From contig CAZVSG010000002.1 in the NCBI GenBank assembly GCA_964629345.1, positions 1 through 49,292 on the forward strand: DNA of 49,292 bases. The letters run 5' to 3'. Below, piece by piece: positions 26,255 to 36,583 of the stretch; the stretch's first letter is position 1, and each line of letters begins with the position of its first letter. Source of the stretch: an uncultured Christensenella sp. (lineage in GTDB: Bacteria > Bacillota > Clostridia > Christensenellales > Aristaeellaceae). The notes beneath the pieces are model-generated. The model ran no database searches. It was not told where the DNA came from and worked only from the letters and a program-made list of their open reading frames with translations. A program made the translations under genes and the position numbers.

Positions 26255-27100
26255 ATGGGTTTCAAAGATTTCCTGGGAAGGATCCTGCCGCCCCTCCTGC
26301 GGCACATCCCTAGGGACAAGCCGTTGCTGTATCCCTTCTATCTTGCCGGCCGGGTGAATGTGCGGAAAGAGGAGGTCCCCCTGAACCGCCTCCCGCTGCC
26401 CTTTGACGGCCTGACCATCTCCTATGCCTCCGATATCCATTTCGGCGATTATCTCACGGGTGAGCAGGCTGTCAGGCTGTTTCATCAGCTGCTTTCCTTT
26501 GGTTCTGATCTGATCATCCTTGGCGGGGATTATGGCCAGAATGACAAGCAATCCCTCCAGTTCTTCAGGGAGATCCCTTCTTTCCCATCGTCCGTTCCCG
26601 TGCTGGCCGTGCTGGGCAATCATGATTACGGCCATAAAGCAGACAGGATGAGCGTCCTGCTTGACGCGATGAAGGAAAGGAACGTCATTCCGCTGGTCAA
26701 CGGAGTATGGATGATGGACAAGGGAGACAAGATCCTCGCCGTCTGCGCGCCGGATGACATCAAATGCGGGGCGCCTGACTTCAGGCCTTTGACAGAAGAG
26801 GCGCGCAGGGCGGACTTTGTGATCTTTTCTCCGCATTCCCCGGATTTGATCCCGGAGGCATATGCTGAGGGCTTCCCTTTCCACCTGGCTCTCTGCGGGC
26901 ACACGCACGGCGGGCAAATCGCCCTGTTCGGGCGGAGCTTGCTCGCCTCCAGCCGCTACGGCAACCGCTACCGTGCGGGCTGGTACCATGAAAACGGAGC
27001 GGTCATCCATGTCAGCAGCGGGGTCGGCACATCCATCCTGCCCGTCCGCCTGGGCACCAGGGCGGAGATCCATCAGTTTACATTACGGTCTGAACAATAG
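26255..27100 (+). CDS. Metallophosphoesterase (calcineurin-like, YkuE-type)
   Basis: SDIHFG, ILGGDY, LGNHDY and CGHTHGGQI motifs appear in the canonical order. SD TAAGGAG precedes the start. Confidence 0.85.
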   Translation: MGFKDFLGRILPPLLRHIPRDKPLLYPFYLAGRVNVRKEEVPLNRLPLPFDGLTISYASDIHFGDYLTGEQAVRLFHQLLSFGSDLIILGGDYGQNDKQSLQFFREIPSFPSSVPVLAVLGNHDYGHKADRMSVLLDAMKERNVIPLVNGVWMMDKGDKILAVCAPDDIKCGAPDFRPLTEEARRADFVIFSPHSPDLIPEAYAEGFPFHLALCGHTHGGQIALFGRSLLASSRYGNRYRAGWYHENGAVIHVSSGVGTSILPVRLGTRAEIHQFTLRSEQ

Positions 27101-28126
27101 GGGCAGGCTCGGTTCGGCATTGAGGTGAAGGCCGGCGAAATCGTTTCTCTGGTATTGAACGTACGCCGCTGCGCCGATCATCGCGGCATTGTCCCCGCAC
27201 AGATCCAGCGTCGGCATCAGAAGCCTGACCCCCATTTCATCGCAGGAGCGCTGCATTTCCCTGCGGAGCAGGGAGTTGGCGGATACACCTCCTGCCAGCG
27301 CGATGGTATCCCACCCCCGATTTCGGCATGCCTTCATCGCCTTTACGGTCAGGTGGCTGACCACAGCCATCCGGAAACAGGCGGCCAGATCAGCCCTGCT
27401 GTATGATTCACCGCGCTGCTCAAGCCCGTGCAGCAGATTGATAAAGGCAGTCTTCAGCCCTGAGAAGCTGTAGTTGTACTCCCCATCCGGATTTGGCTGG
27501 GGCAGAAGGTAGGCGTGAGGATCCCCTTCTTCCGCAAGCCTGTCCAGGTTTGGCCCGCCTGGATAGGGAAGGCCCAGCACCCTTGCCGCTTTGTCAAACG
27601 CCTCGCCCGCCGCGTCGTCCAGCGTCCCGCCCAGCAGGCGGTATCCGTCATCCAGCGTTTCCACCAGGTGGCTGTGGCCGCCGGATACCACCAGGCAGAG
27701 GAAAGGCGGCTTCAATTCCGGGTAGACCAGGTAATTCGCGCTGATGTGCCCATGGATATGGTTGACAGCGATCAGGGGCTTATTCAGGGCGTAGGCCAAT
27801 CCTTTGGCATAGCTCACCCCCACGAGGAGGGCGCCGACCAGCCCCGGTCCCTTGGTAACAGCGACCGCGTCGAGTTCCTTCAATTCGATTTTCGCGCAGG
27901 ACAGTGCGGCTCGGACCGTCGCATCGATCTTCTCGATATGGGATCTGCTGGCGATCTCCGGCACGACGCCGCCGTAAGGGACGTGCAGCAGGATCTGCGA
28001 AAACACCGCGTCCGAAAGGACTTTCCGCCCGTCTTCGACGACCGCCGCCGCGGTCTCGTCACAGGACGTCTCTATCGCCAGGATCCGGACAGGGCCGTGT
28101 TCGGCCGGGACGGCATGACCGTTCAT
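27083..28126 (-). CDS. tsaD: tRNA N6-adenosine threonylcarbamoyltransferase TsaD (Gcp)
   Basis: ILAIETSCDETAAAVV, GGVVPE.ASR.H, H..GH, SGGHS, LGLPYPGGP..D and GGV.AN..LR. The ATG overlaps the upstream stop (ATGA). Confidence 0.95.
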   Translation of the reverse strand: MNGHAVPAEHGPVRILAIETSCDETAAAVVEDGRKVLSDAVFSQILLHVPYGGVVPEIASRSHIEKIDATVRAALSCAKIELKELDAVAVTKGPGLVGALLVGVSYAKGLAYALNKPLIAVNHIHGHISANYLVYPELKPPFLCLVVSGGHSHLVETLDDGYRLLGGTLDDAAGEAFDKAARVLGLPYPGGPNLDRLAEEGDPHAYLLPQPNPDGEYNYSFSGLKTAFINLLHGLEQRGESYSRADLAACFRMAVVSHLTVKAMKACRNRGWDTIALAGGVSANSLLRREMQRSCDEMGVRLLMPTLDLCGDNAAMIGAAAYVQYQRNDFAGLHLNAEPSLPLLFRP

Positions 28127-28866
28127 GTCCTCACCCGTTTTCGTATCGCCTGAGCGCCAAATGAAAGAGCAAGGAGCACCAGGAACGGGAGAAGGATGCC
28201 CGGCAAGGCATTGATCGCATACGCAATAAAGAAAGGCTGCGGCATCAGCTGGATCATCAGGTCAGTCCGGGGGTCCAGCAGCCAGAGGTCATTTGGGAAC
28301 GCTGTCTGATGGAGCAGGGTAAAAGCGCCGTCAAAATCGATCGTTGCCCAGACGCCCGCCAGCAACAGCAGGAGGACTGCGGCCATAAAGGCCAGCCGCG
28401 CACTTTTTGCCAGCACGCCGAACCGGAGACCCCGCAGGTCCGCGGGGACGCACAGGAGCAGAACAACCAGCAAAGCCAGGGGGATGACGAGGACCATCAG
28501 CAGTCCGGATAAGTCCGCCAAAGCCTTCACATCCTGGAGATGGACCAGTTCATGCTCATGAAACGCGGGCTGCATACCCCCGTCTTTCATCACCTCAAGC
28601 TGCGCCGTTTCCCTATCCCCGCTCAAGAAACCTGCGATAACCTCCGCCAGCGCGGGATATGATGAAGCGGAGACGCCCGACGCGCCGGTTTGGGCGTGTT
28701 CATGAAACAGGGATGATAGGATCTCAGGATTCAGCGCGGGGAGGAAAAGCAGGCGGGCAGCCATAAAAACAAACGCAGTCAGCAGGATCCCCGCCAGGAG
28801 AGGCATGACAAAAGGCTTTACGGCATCCGCTTCCCCCGCGCGGCCGCTGTCCCGATGAATCATCAC
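28123..28866 (-). CDS. DUF1461 / TIGR01906-family integral membrane protein (Lit-like)
   Basis: Family-typical motifs are E.VHLQDVK.L (HM.DVK) and H...FPND.W.LDP..DL.I.L.P..FF, with about 5 TM helices. The start is either GTG at 28866 or ATG at 28863, overlapping the prfB stop. Confidence 0.7.
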   Translation of the reverse strand: MMIHRDSGRAGEADAVKPFVMPLLAGILLTAFVFMAARLLFLPALNPEILSSLFHEHAQTGASGVSASSYPALAEVIAGFLSGDRETAQLEVMKDGGMQPAFHEHELVHLQDVKALADLSGLLMVLVIPLALLVVLLLCVPADLRGLRFGVLAKSARLAFMAAVLLLLLAGVWATIDFDGAFTLLHQTAFPNDLWLLDPRTDLMIQLMPQPFFIAYAINALPGILLPFLVLLALSFGAQAIRKRVRT

Positions 28867-29963
28867 TGCATCTTCAGGTAGGCGGTGATAAAGCCGTCCA
28901 GATTGCCGTTCATCACATCATCGATGTTTCCGGACTCAAATCCGGTCCGGTGATCCTTCACCATGGTATACGGCTGGAAAACATAGGAGCGGATCTGGCT
29001 CCCCCATTCGATTTTCTTCATCTCGCCCTTGATCTCCGCCATCTTTTCCTCATTCTCACGCTCGCGCAGCTCCAGCAGCCTTGCCTTGAGCATGCGGATG
29101 CACATTTCCTTGTTCTGTACCTGTGAACGTTCGTTCTGGCAGGAAACGACGATGCCGCTTGGCAGATGGGTCATCCTTACGGCGGAATCCGTCTTGTTGA
29201 CATGCTGACCGCCGGCGCCGGTGGAGCGATAGGTGTCGATGCGGATCTCCTCAAAGTTGAGCTCAATGTCTCCTTCCCCTTCCATGATCGGCGCGACGTC
29301 AAGGGAAGCGAAGGAAGTGTGCCGCCTGGCATTGGAGTCAAAGGGGCTGATGCGCACCAAACGATGGACGCCTTTCTCGCCGCGAAGGAAACCGTAGGCG
29401 TTCTCACCGTCCACTTCAAAGGAAACTGATTTGACGCCCGCCTCATCCCCTTCCAGGTAATCCAGCAGGGTCATTTTGAACCCCATGCGCTCACAGTAGC
29501 GGGTGTACATCCGGTAGAGCATCTGGGTCCAGTCCTGTGCCTCGGTTCCCCCGGCGCCTGCGTGCAGGGAGAGGATGGCGTTGCTGCCATCATAATCGCC
29601 GCGCATCAGGGTCTCAAGCGACAGCGCTTCGATTTTTCCCTTCAGTTCCTGAAGTTCGCTCTCCACCTCACCGGCGGCATCCCCGTCATTCTCTTCCTCA
29701 GCCAGCTGAAGCATGACCTCCAGGTCGTCCCGCTGCTGCAGGAGGCTTGAATAATGGCTGATCTTGTTTTCCAGGTTCGTGATGCGCTTGTTGACCAGCG
29801 TTGAATGCTCCAGGTCATCCCAGAACCCCGGCGCCCCCATTTCTTCCTTCAGCTCAGTCAGCTCCTGAAGCATCTGTTCAATGTGCAGGCCGCCGCGGAT
29901 CTCCTCCAGTTCGTCCCGAAGCTCAGCGAGGGTGATTTTTGTCTGTTCCAAACCCAGAATCAT
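28863..29963 (-). CDS. prfB: Peptide chain release factor 2 (single uninterrupted frame)
   Basis: SPF tripeptide (VRISPFDS), GGQ (STGAGGQHVNKTDSAVR.TH.P), and GWGSQIRSYV..PY..VKDHRT. The 366 aa are read without a frameshift. Confidence 0.95.
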   Translation of the reverse strand: MILGLEQTKITLAELRDELEEIRGGLHIEQMLQELTELKEEMGAPGFWDDLEHSTLVNKRITNLENKISHYSSLLQQRDDLEVMLQLAEEENDGDAAGEVESELQELKGKIEALSLETLMRGDYDGSNAILSLHAGAGGTEAQDWTQMLYRMYTRYCERMGFKMTLLDYLEGDEAGVKSVSFEVDGENAYGFLRGEKGVHRLVRISPFDSNARRHTSFASLDVAPIMEGEGDIELNFEEIRIDTYRSTGAGGQHVNKTDSAVRMTHLPSGIVVSCQNERSQVQNKEMCIRMLKARLLELRERENEEKMAEIKGEMKKIEWGSQIRSYVFQPYTMVKDHRTGFESGNIDDVMNGNLDGFITAYLKMQ

Positions 29964-29979
29964 ATTGCTCTCATCCTTA

Positions 29980-32685
29980 TCATTCGCTCACGTGCAGGCC
30001 GTGGCATTGCTTGTATTTCTTTCCGCTGCCGCAGGGGCAGGGACTGTTGCGACCGATCTTTTCCCCGGGCTTGATCTTCACGGGCTGGCTTTTGTTCCTT
30101 GCCGTGCTGCCCGGTCCGGTCTCCGAGGTGACCCTGACGGCGGCCTTCCGCTCCTGCGGTTTCTGGATCTTCAGCTGGAAGAGGAAGCGGATCGTGTCCT
30201 CCTGGATCAGCCGCGACATCTCCTCGAACATGTCATAGCTTTCCATTTTGTATTCATTCACGGGGTTTTTCTGGGCATAGGCGCGCAGGCCGACGCCGTC
30301 GCGCAGCTGGTCCATCGCGTCGATGTGATCCATCCAGCGGTTGTCGACCGCACGCAGCAGGATGGAACGTTCCAGCTCGCGCATATCGATCCCCAGGGCA
30401 CTGATCTCATCCCCGCGCCTTGCGTAGAAATCATCCGCCGCCTTCTTCAGGAACCCGGTCAGTCCCGTGCGGTCAAAGCCTTTGACCGCCTCCTCATTCG
30501 CCCGGATCGTTCCAAAGGGGACGCAGAGGCGCTCCACCTCTTCCCGCAGGCCTTCGATGTTCCAGTCCTTTACGTCACCCGCGCAGAAACGCTGCACCGC
30601 ATCCTCCAGCAGCTTCCCGTACATGCCGGTGATGGTCTCCCGCATGTCCTGCCCTTCCAGCACCTGTCTGCGCTGGGTATAGATGAGACCGCGCTGCTGG
30701 TTCATCACGTCATCGTACTGGAGCACGTTCTTCCTGACTTCATAGTTGCGGCTCTCGATGCGCTTCTGCGCGTTTTCGATCTGCCTTGTCAGCATGCCGG
30801 CGGCCAGCGGCTCATTCTCGTTCATCCCAAGCTTGCCGATGAGCGGCTCGATGCGTTCACCGCCGAACAGGCGCATGAGGTCGTCCTCAAGGGAAATGAA
30901 GAACTGGCTGGATCCGGGATCGCCCTGGCGCCCGGCGCGGCCGCGGAGTTGATTGTCGATCCGCCGGCTCTCATGCCGCTCTGTGCCGATGATGTGCAGT
31001 CCGCCCAGGGCGACGACCCTGTCATGCTCAAGGTCAGTGGTTTTCCTATATTCTTCCTTCAGTGCCAGGAACCGGCCGCGGGCTTTCAGGACCTCCTCGG
31101 ACACATCCTCGTTCTTGCCCGTCGCCTCTTCGATGATTTCCTCCGGGGTTTCCTCCTGTCGCAGGGTCCTGCGGGCCATGAAGTCCGGATTGCCCCCCAG
31201 AAGAATGTCCGTGCCGCGTCCTGCCATGTTGGTGGCGATGGTCACCGCGTTCAGGTGCCCCGCCTGGGCGACGATGGCCGCTTCCTTCGCATGCTGTTTG
31301 GCGTTGAGCACCTCATGGCGGATCCCCCGCATGGCGAGCATGCCGCTGATGTGCTCGGACACCTCAACGGAGATCGTACCGACCAGCAGGGGCTGTCCCG
31401 TCTTGTGGCGGCGCTCGATCTCTTCCACCACCGCATTGTATTTCCCTTTTTTGGAGCGGTAGACCATGTCGTTGAGGTCCTTGCGGATCATGGGCATGTT
31501 GGTGGGGACCTGGACAACGTCCAGCGAATAGATGCCCTGGAACTCCGCCTCCTCCGTCTTGGCGGTGCCGGTCATGCCGGACAGCTTCCTGTACATGCGG
31601 AAATAGTTCTGGAACGTGATGGTCGCAAGCGTCTTGCTCTCGCGTTCGACCTTGACATGTTCCTTGGCCTCGATCGCCTGGTGCAGCCCGTCTGAGTACC
31701 GCCGGCCGATCATCAGACGCCCGGTGAACTCATCGACGATCACGACCTCTCCGTTCTGGACGACGTAGTCCACGTCGCGCTTGAACAGCGCGCTGGCTTT
31801 CAGCGCCTGGATGAGGTGATGATTCAGCTCGCTGTTCTCCGGGTCGTTCAGGTTCTCGATGCTGAATGCCTGCTCGGCCTTGCGCGCGCCGTCCTCCGTA
31901 AACACCACGGCGCGGTCCTTCTCTTCGACCGTATAATCGACGTCGCGTTTCAGCCGGCTGACAAAACGGTCCGCGCGCTCATACAGGTCGGTCGATTTCT
32001 CCCCCTGTCCGGAGATGATCAGCGGAGTGCGGGCCTCGTCGATCAGGATGGAGTCGACCTCATCCACGATCGCATAGACATGCCCGCGCTGCACCATGTC
32101 CTTCCGGTACACCACCATGTTGTCGCGCAGGTAGTCAAAGCCCATTTCATTGTTGGTGCCGTAGGTGATATCGCTTGCGTAGGCATGCCTGCGCTGTTCA
32201 TTGTCAAGGTCATGGATGATGACGCCGACCGTAAGCCCCAGGAAACGGAACAGCTTCCCCATGTCCTCCCCCTGGAATTTGGCCAGGTAATCATTCACGG
32301 TGACGATGTGCACCCCTTCGCCCGTCAGGGCGTTGAGGTAGGCGGGAAGGCAGGCGGTCAGCGTTTTGCCCTCGCCCGTTTTCATCTCGGCGATCCTGCC
32401 CTGGTGCAGCACGATGCCGCCGATCAGCTGGACTTTGAAAGGACGCAGGCCCAGGGTCCTCCTGGACGCTTCCCGGACGGCCGCGAACGCTTCCGGCAAA
32501 AGATCGTCGAGGGTCTCTCCGTTTTTCAGACGCTGCCTGAAGACGTCTGTCTGCGCCCTCAGTTCGCTGTTGCTCATTTTTTCAAACCTGGGTTCCAGCG
32601 CTTCAATGGCTTCCGCCTGTCTGCGCAGCGGCTTGAGCTGCGCTTCCTCGCCAAGCCCCAGGGAAGCTTTCAGTTTTTCAAACAT
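29980..32685 (-). CDS. secA: Preprotein translocase ATPase SecA
   Basis: [52 protein letters not shown] and a C-terminal zinc finger [14 protein letters not shown]. The internal ATG at 32685 has AAGGAGA upstream; the track start at 32781 adds 32 non-homologous residues. Confidence 0.97.
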   Translation of the reverse strand: MFEKLKASLGLGEEAQLKPLRRQAEAIEALEPRFEKMSNSELRAQTDVFRQRLKNGETLDDLLPEAFAAVREASRRTLGLRPFKVQLIGGIVLHQGRIAEMKTGEGKTLTACLPAYLNALTGEGVHIVTVNDYLAKFQGEDMGKLFRFLGLTVGVIIHDLDNEQRRHAYASDITYGTNNEMGFDYLRDNMVVYRKDMVQRGHVYAIVDEVDSILIDEARTPLIISGQGEKSTDLYERADRFVSRLKRDVDYTVEEKDRAVVFTEDGARKAEQAFSIENLNDPENSELNHHLIQALKASALFKRDVDYVVQNGEVVIVDEFTGRLMIGRRYSDGLHQAIEAKEHVKVERESKTLATITFQNYFRMYRKLSGMTGTAKTEEAEFQGIYSLDVVQVPTNMPMIRKDLNDMVYRSKKGKYNAVVEEIERRHKTGQPLLVGTISVEVSEHISGMLAMRGIRHEVLNAKQHAKEAAIVAQAGHLNAVTIATNMAGRGTDILLGGNPDFMARRTLRQEETPEEIIEEATGKNEDVSEEVLKARGRFLALKEEYRKTTDLEHDRVVALGGLHIIGTERHESRRIDNQLRGRAGRQGDPGSSQFFISLEDDLMRLFGGERIEPLIGKLGMNENEPLAAGMLTRQIENAQKRIESRNYEVRKNVLQYDDVMNQQRGLIYTQRRQVLEGQDMRETITGMYGKLLEDAVQRFCAGDVKDWNIEGLREEVERLCVPFGTIRANEEAVKGFDRTGLTGFLKKAADDFYARRGDEISALGIDMRELERSILLRAVDNRWMDHIDAMDQLRDGVGLRAYAQKNPVNEYKMESYDMFEEMSRLIQEDTIRFLFQLKIQKPQERKAAVRVTSETGPGSTARNKSQPVKIKPGEKIGRNSPCPCGSGKKYKQCHGLHVSE

Positions 32686-32715
32686 GGCGTTCTCCTTTGG
32701 CGTATCGCCGCGGGA

Positions 32716-32745
32716 ATTATACCATGCTCCGCACAGCAGGAACAA
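32716..32745 (-). promoter_or_regulatory. Candidate extended -10 promoter for secA (TTGTTC-18-TGgTATAAT)
   Basis: The minus strand reads TTGTTC (32745..32740), then TGGTATAAT with the -10 hexamer at 32721..32716, about 30 nt upstream of the secA ATG. Confidence 0.45.
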
Positions 32746-32819
32746 GGACGCAGAATGGGAAGTCAGGCTTGATAAGCTCAAGCGGCCGTATTACCCTGTG
32801 TCTGGGAGTGTGAAAGCCA

Positions 32820-33308
32820 TTGCAGATCAGTCATCCGATCCCCCCGTTCATCCGCCCGGACAGCCTCGTGCTGATCCTGGGCAGTTTCCCTTCCGTGAAA
32901 TCCAGGGAAACGGGATTCTACTACGACCATCAGAAAAACCGTTTCTGGTGTCTTCTCTCGACGCTGCTGAAGACCGGGACCCCTGATTCCATCCAGCAGA
33001 AACAATGCTTTTTATCCATACACCGCATCGCGCTGTGGGACGTGGTTCAGAGCTGTGAAGCGGCGGGTTCATCGGACAGCAGCATTCGGGATGTTCGGAT
33101 CAACCCGATCAATGAGCTGCTTGCAGATTATAGGCTCCGTGCCGTCTTCCTCAACGGAAAGGTTGCGGGGAGGCTGTTTCTGGCAAATATTTCACTCAAG
33201 CCGGACATGCCTGTCCGCATCCTTCCCTCCACCAGCGCGGCCAACGCCTCCTGTTCATTGGACAAGCTCGCGGAGGAATGGAAAGTCATTCTCCCCTGTC
33301 TGAAATAA
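32820..33308 (+). CDS. DNA-deoxyinosine (hypoxanthine) glycosylase, UDG family 6-like
   Basis: 162 aa, with TTG as the first possible start after an in-frame stop. Motifs are LILGSFPS.KS....FYY.H..NRFW, then WDV..SC, then LPSTS.AN. Confidence 0.75.
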   Translation: MQISHPIPPFIRPDSLVLILGSFPSVKSRETGFYYDHQKNRFWCLLSTLLKTGTPDSIQQKQCFLSIHRIALWDVVQSCEAAGSSDSSIRDVRINPINELLADYRLRAVFLNGKVAGRLFLANISLKPDMPVRILPSTSAANASCSLDKLAEEWKVILPCLK

Positions 33309-33357
33309 AACAGACCCTCCGCGCATCAGGCAGGAGGGCCCGCGGAATGAACCTGGC

Positions 33358-34728
33358 TTACAGGATGTGTTTCCGGAGGTCGGCCTTTTTCGCCGCTTTG
33401 ACGTGGTCCAGGACGTACTGGGACGTGATGGCGAGTTCCACTTCCGGCATCTCATCACCGCCCGCGTTGAAGGAGATATCCTCCAGCAGTTCCTCAAACA
33501 CCGCATGCAGGCGTCTGGCGCCGAGGTTCTCTCCGGCTTCGTTGAGGTTGCAGGCTGCCTGCGCGATCTGGACGAGGGCATCCTCTTCAAACGTCAGCCT
33601 GACCCTGTCCGCCCCCAGCAGGGCCGCATACTGCAGGGTCAGCGCGTTTTCAGGCTGGCTGAGGATCTTCACATAATCCTCCCGCGTCAGGCTCTTCAGC
33701 GTCACCTGAACAGGGAACCGGCCCTGCAGTTCAGGGATCAGGTCAGATACCTTGGCCACATGGAAGGCACCCGCCGCGATGAACAGGATAAAATCCGTAC
33801 GGACAGCGCCGTGCTTCGTATTGACCACGCTGCCCTCCACGATCGGCAGGATATCCCGCTGGACTCCCTCCCGGGATACGTCAGGCCCTGAGGAGGCGCT
33901 GCTCCTTCCCGCGATCTTGTCGATCTCATCGATGAACACGATCCCGTGCTGCTCCGTCCTTCGGATCGCCTCTTCCTTGACCGCGTCCATGTCGATCAGC
34001 TTCTGCGCTTCCTGGTGGGTGAGGATCTTCCGCGCCTCCTTGACTTTTACCCTGCGCAGTTTGGTTTTCTTCGGCATCATCCCGCCCATCATGTCGCCGA
34101 TGTTGATGGACGCGCCGCCGACTTCCAGCTGAGGGGCCCCTTCCTCGACCTCGATCTCAAGCTCCTCTTCTTCCAGTCCGCCGCTGCGCAGTCTCTGCAG
34201 CAGCTCCGCCCTGCGGCCGGTCAGCTTCTGTCGTTCTTCATCGCCCATGTCGGGTTCCTTCTGCCGGCCGCGAAGGAGCAGGTCGATCGGATTGGCGGCT
34301 TGTTTGGGCGGCGGGCTTGTCAGCAGGGTCAGCAATTGGTCCTCGGCCAGCACCTCCGCCCGGGCACGGATCCTCTCCTCATGTTCCCCCTGCACCATCC
34401 GCACCGCGTTTTCCGCCAGATCCCGGATGATGCTCTCCACGTCACGGCCGACATAACCGACTTCCGTGAACTTCGTGGCTTCCACTTTCACAAACGGCGC
34501 GTTGACCAGTTTCGCGAGGCGGCGGGCGATCTCCGTCTTGCCCACGCCCGTCGGGCCGATCATCAGGATGTTTTTCGGGAAGATCTCATCCCGCAGAGCC
34601 TCATCCACCCGGCTCCTGCGGTAGCGGTTGCGCAGGGCGATGGCGACCTGCCTCTTCGCCTCGTCCTGGCCGATGATGTAGCGGTCCAGCTCCCTGACGA
34701 TCTCCCTGGGCGTAAGCTCGCGCGTCAT
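33358..34728 (-). CDS. hslU: ATP-dependent protease ATPase subunit HslU
   Basis: [28 protein letters not shown], Walker [27 protein letters not shown], and a C-terminal SRH/sensor region. Confidence 0.96.
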   Translation of the reverse strand: MTRELTPREIVRELDRYIIGQDEAKRQVAIALRNRYRRSRVDEALRDEIFPKNILMIGPTGVGKTEIARRLAKLVNAPFVKVEATKFTEVGYVGRDVESIIRDLAENAVRMVQGEHEERIRARAEVLAEDQLLTLLTSPPPKQAANPIDLLLRGRQKEPDMGDEERQKLTGRRAELLQRLRSGGLEEEELEIEVEEGAPQLEVGGASINIGDMMGGMMPKKTKLRRVKVKEARKILTHQEAQKLIDMDAVKEEAIRRTEQHGIVFIDEIDKIAGRSSASSGPDVSREGVQRDILPIVEGSVVNTKHGAVRTDFILFIAAGAFHVAKVSDLIPELQGRFPVQVTLKSLTREDYVKILSQPENALTLQYAALLGADRVRLTFEEDALVQIAQAACNLNEAGENLGARRLHAVFEELLEDISFNAGGDEMPEVELAITSQYVLDHVKAAKKADLRKHIL

Positions 34729-35261
34729 CAGACGTCCTCCACGGTAATGTTCTCATTGGTAAACACGCAGATGGAAGCCGCGATGCGAAGCGCCTTCTCC
34801 GCGATCTCCGCAGCGGTCAGCTCAGTGTTCTGCGCGAGCGCGCGCGCCGCGGCGAGCGCAAAATTCCCGCCGGAACCGATCGCGCAGATACCGTCATCCG
34901 GCTCAATGACCTCACCGGTGCCTGAGATCATCAGCATCTGGGTCTGATTGGCGGCGATCAGCATGGCCTGGAGCTGACGCAGCGCTTTGTCCCCGCGCCA
35001 TTCCCGGGCAAGGCTGACGGCCGCGCGTTCCAGGTTGCCGTTTGTCTGAACGAGCATTTCCTCAAACCGGTCGCTGAGCGTAAAGGCATCGGCGACCGAG
35101 CCGGCAAAACCGACGATGACCTGGTTGTTGTAGATCCGGCGCACCTTCCGCGCCGTGCTTTTGAAAATGGTGTTCTCGCCCATGGTGACCTGCCCGTCTC
35201 CGGCGATGGCGATCCTGTCAAACCGCTTGACGGCGCAGATCGTGGTCCCTCTCAGTTCCAT
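34728..35261 (-). CDS. hslV: ATP-dependent protease subunit HslV
   Basis: The propeptide is followed by GTTI.AV (N-terminal Thr nucleophile), then GDGQV, GFAGS.ADAF and GSGG..A. SD AAGGAGA precedes the start. The stop overlaps the hslU ATG by 1 nt. Confidence 0.95.
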   Translation of the reverse strand: MELRGTTICAVKRFDRIAIAGDGQVTMGENTIFKSTARKVRRIYNNQVIVGFAGSVADAFTLSDRFEEMLVQTNGNLERAAVSLAREWRGDKALRQLQAMLIAANQTQMLMISGTGEVIEPDDGICAIGSGGNFALAAARALAQNTELTAAEIAEKALRIAASICVFTNENITVEDV

Positions 35262-35272
35262 GCTGTTCTCCT

Positions 35273-36583
35273 TTAAGCAAACGCTTCCAGCAGTGCTGAC
35301 TTCATCCCGTCCAGGTCCTCAAGCGCGCGCTGCGCAAGGCGCAGATACCGCTGCTGTTTTCCGCTCACTTTCGCCTGAAGCGGCGGAAGAAGGCCGAAGT
35401 TGATGTTCATGGGCTGGAAATTGCGGTTGTTTGTGCTGATATAGCGTCCCAATGCGCCGATGGCAGTCGTGTCAGGGAACAGGGGATCCGCATGGCCCCT
35501 GAGCCGGGCGGCCATCGTGACGCCCGCTACCAGCCCGGACGCGATGCTTTCCACGTAGCCTTCGACGCCTGTGATCTGACCGGCGAAAAACCGGAAAGGG
35601 GATCCGATCATACCAAACTGTCTGTCCAGGAAACCCGGGCTGTTCAGGAAAGTGTTTCTGTGCATCATGCCGTATCGGGCAAACACTGCGTTCTCGCATC
35701 CGGGGATCAGCCCGAACACCCGCTTCTGCTCCGGAAACTTCAGCCTGGTCTGAAACCCGACGAGGTTGTACAGGGTCCCGGTCGCATCGTCCTGCCGCAA
35801 TTGTACAACGGCAAAGGGTTCCCTGCCAGTCCCCGGATCCATCAGCCCGACCGGTTTCATCGGGCCGTAGGCGGCCGCCAGATAGCCCCGCCTGGCGATG
35901 GACTCGATGGGCAGGCACCCCTCAAACAGCAGGTTCTCCTCAAACCCTTTGACAGGCGCACACTGGGCGTCTGTCAGTTCGCCAATGAACCGGCTGTATT
36001 CCTCCTCGTTCATGGGGCAGTTGAGGTAATCATCCCCCCTGCCGTACCGGGACGCGCGGAAAACCTTGCCGTAATCGATGGAATCCGCGGTGATGACCGG
36101 CGCGGCCGCGTCATAGAAATGCAAAGTGCCCGACAGCTTTTCGATTTCCTCGGCCAAGCCGCCCTCAGTCAGCGGGCCTGTTGCGATGATGAAGGGCTCC
36201 TCCGGCAAGGCATCCATCCGCCCGCATTCAACGCAGATCAGCTTTTGGCTCCTGATCCGCTTCGTGACCAAGGCGGAGAACCCTTCCCGGTCCACGGCCA
36301 GCGCGCCGCCGGCCGGCACGCGGGTCTCATCCGCGGCGGAGATCAGCATCGAATCAAGCCTTCGCAGTTCTTCCTTCAGCAGCCCCGGCGCGTTTTCCAG
36401 CCTGTCGCCGCGAAGAGAATTGCTGCAGACCAGTTCGGCAAAATCCGATGACCGGTGAGCGGGTGTGAATTGATCGGGCTTCATGTCCGCCAGCCTGACC
36501 TGAATGCCGCGCCTGGCCAGCTGCCAGGCCGCTTCACAGCCCGCCAGCCCGCCCCCGACGACCGTCACGCGGGTTTCAGGCAT
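35273..36583 (-). CDS. trmFO: Methylenetetrahydrofolate--tRNA-(uracil54-C5)-methyltransferase TrmFO (Gid)
   Basis: [51 protein letters not shown]. Confidence 0.96.
   Translation of the reverse strand: MPETRVTVVGGGLAGCEAAWQLARRGIQVRLADMKPDQFTPAHRSSDFAELVCSNSLRGDRLENAPGLLKEELRRLDSMLISAADETRVPAGGALAVDREGFSALVTKRIRSQKLICVECGRMDALPEEPFIIATGPLTEGGLAEEIEKLSGTLHFYDAAAPVITADSIDYGKVFRASRYGRGDDYLNCPMNEEEYSRFIGELTDAQCAPVKGFEENLLFEGCLPIESIARRGYLAAAYGPMKPVGLMDPGTGREPFAVVQLRQDDATGTLYNLVGFQTRLKFPEQKRVFGLIPGCENAVFARYGMMHRNTFLNSPGFLDRQFGMIGSPFRFFAGQITGVEGYVESIASGLVAGVTMAARLRGHADPLFPDTTAIGALGRYISTNNRNFQPMNINFGLLPPLQAKVSGKQQRYLRLAQRALEDLDGMKSALLEAFA

Noticed and set aside
27083-27100. An 18-nt convergent overlap between the 3' ends of the metallophosphoesterase gene (+) and tsaD (-).
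   Set aside because: The overlap is real in the sequence, but short convergent overlaps are common in compact GC-rich genomes. No hairpin or other signal suggests a specific regulatory role.
29860-29910. Programmed +1 frameshift site in prfB (CTT TGA C after an SD-like element near codon 25)
   Set aside because: The homologous position reads ATC CGC GGC GGC CTG CAC ATT GAA (IRGGLHIE) in a single open frame of 366 aa that aligns with full-length RF2. This prfB therefore appears not to use autoregulatory frameshifting.
29881-31695. Very long ORFs lie antisense to well-supported genes. Examples are the 604-aa plus-strand ORF opposite secA, 23852..25048 opposite the ABC ATPase, 48320..49246 opposite pheT, 40591..41712 opposite comM, 41890..42873 and 43609..44376 opposite the GT-C gene, and 11881..12675 opposite the repeat protein.
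   Set aside because: These are the mirror-frame artefacts expected in GC-rich DNA. Their products are R/P/G/A/H-rich and low in complexity, lack SD sequences and recognisable motifs, and each lies fully inside a gene with strong homology on the other strand.
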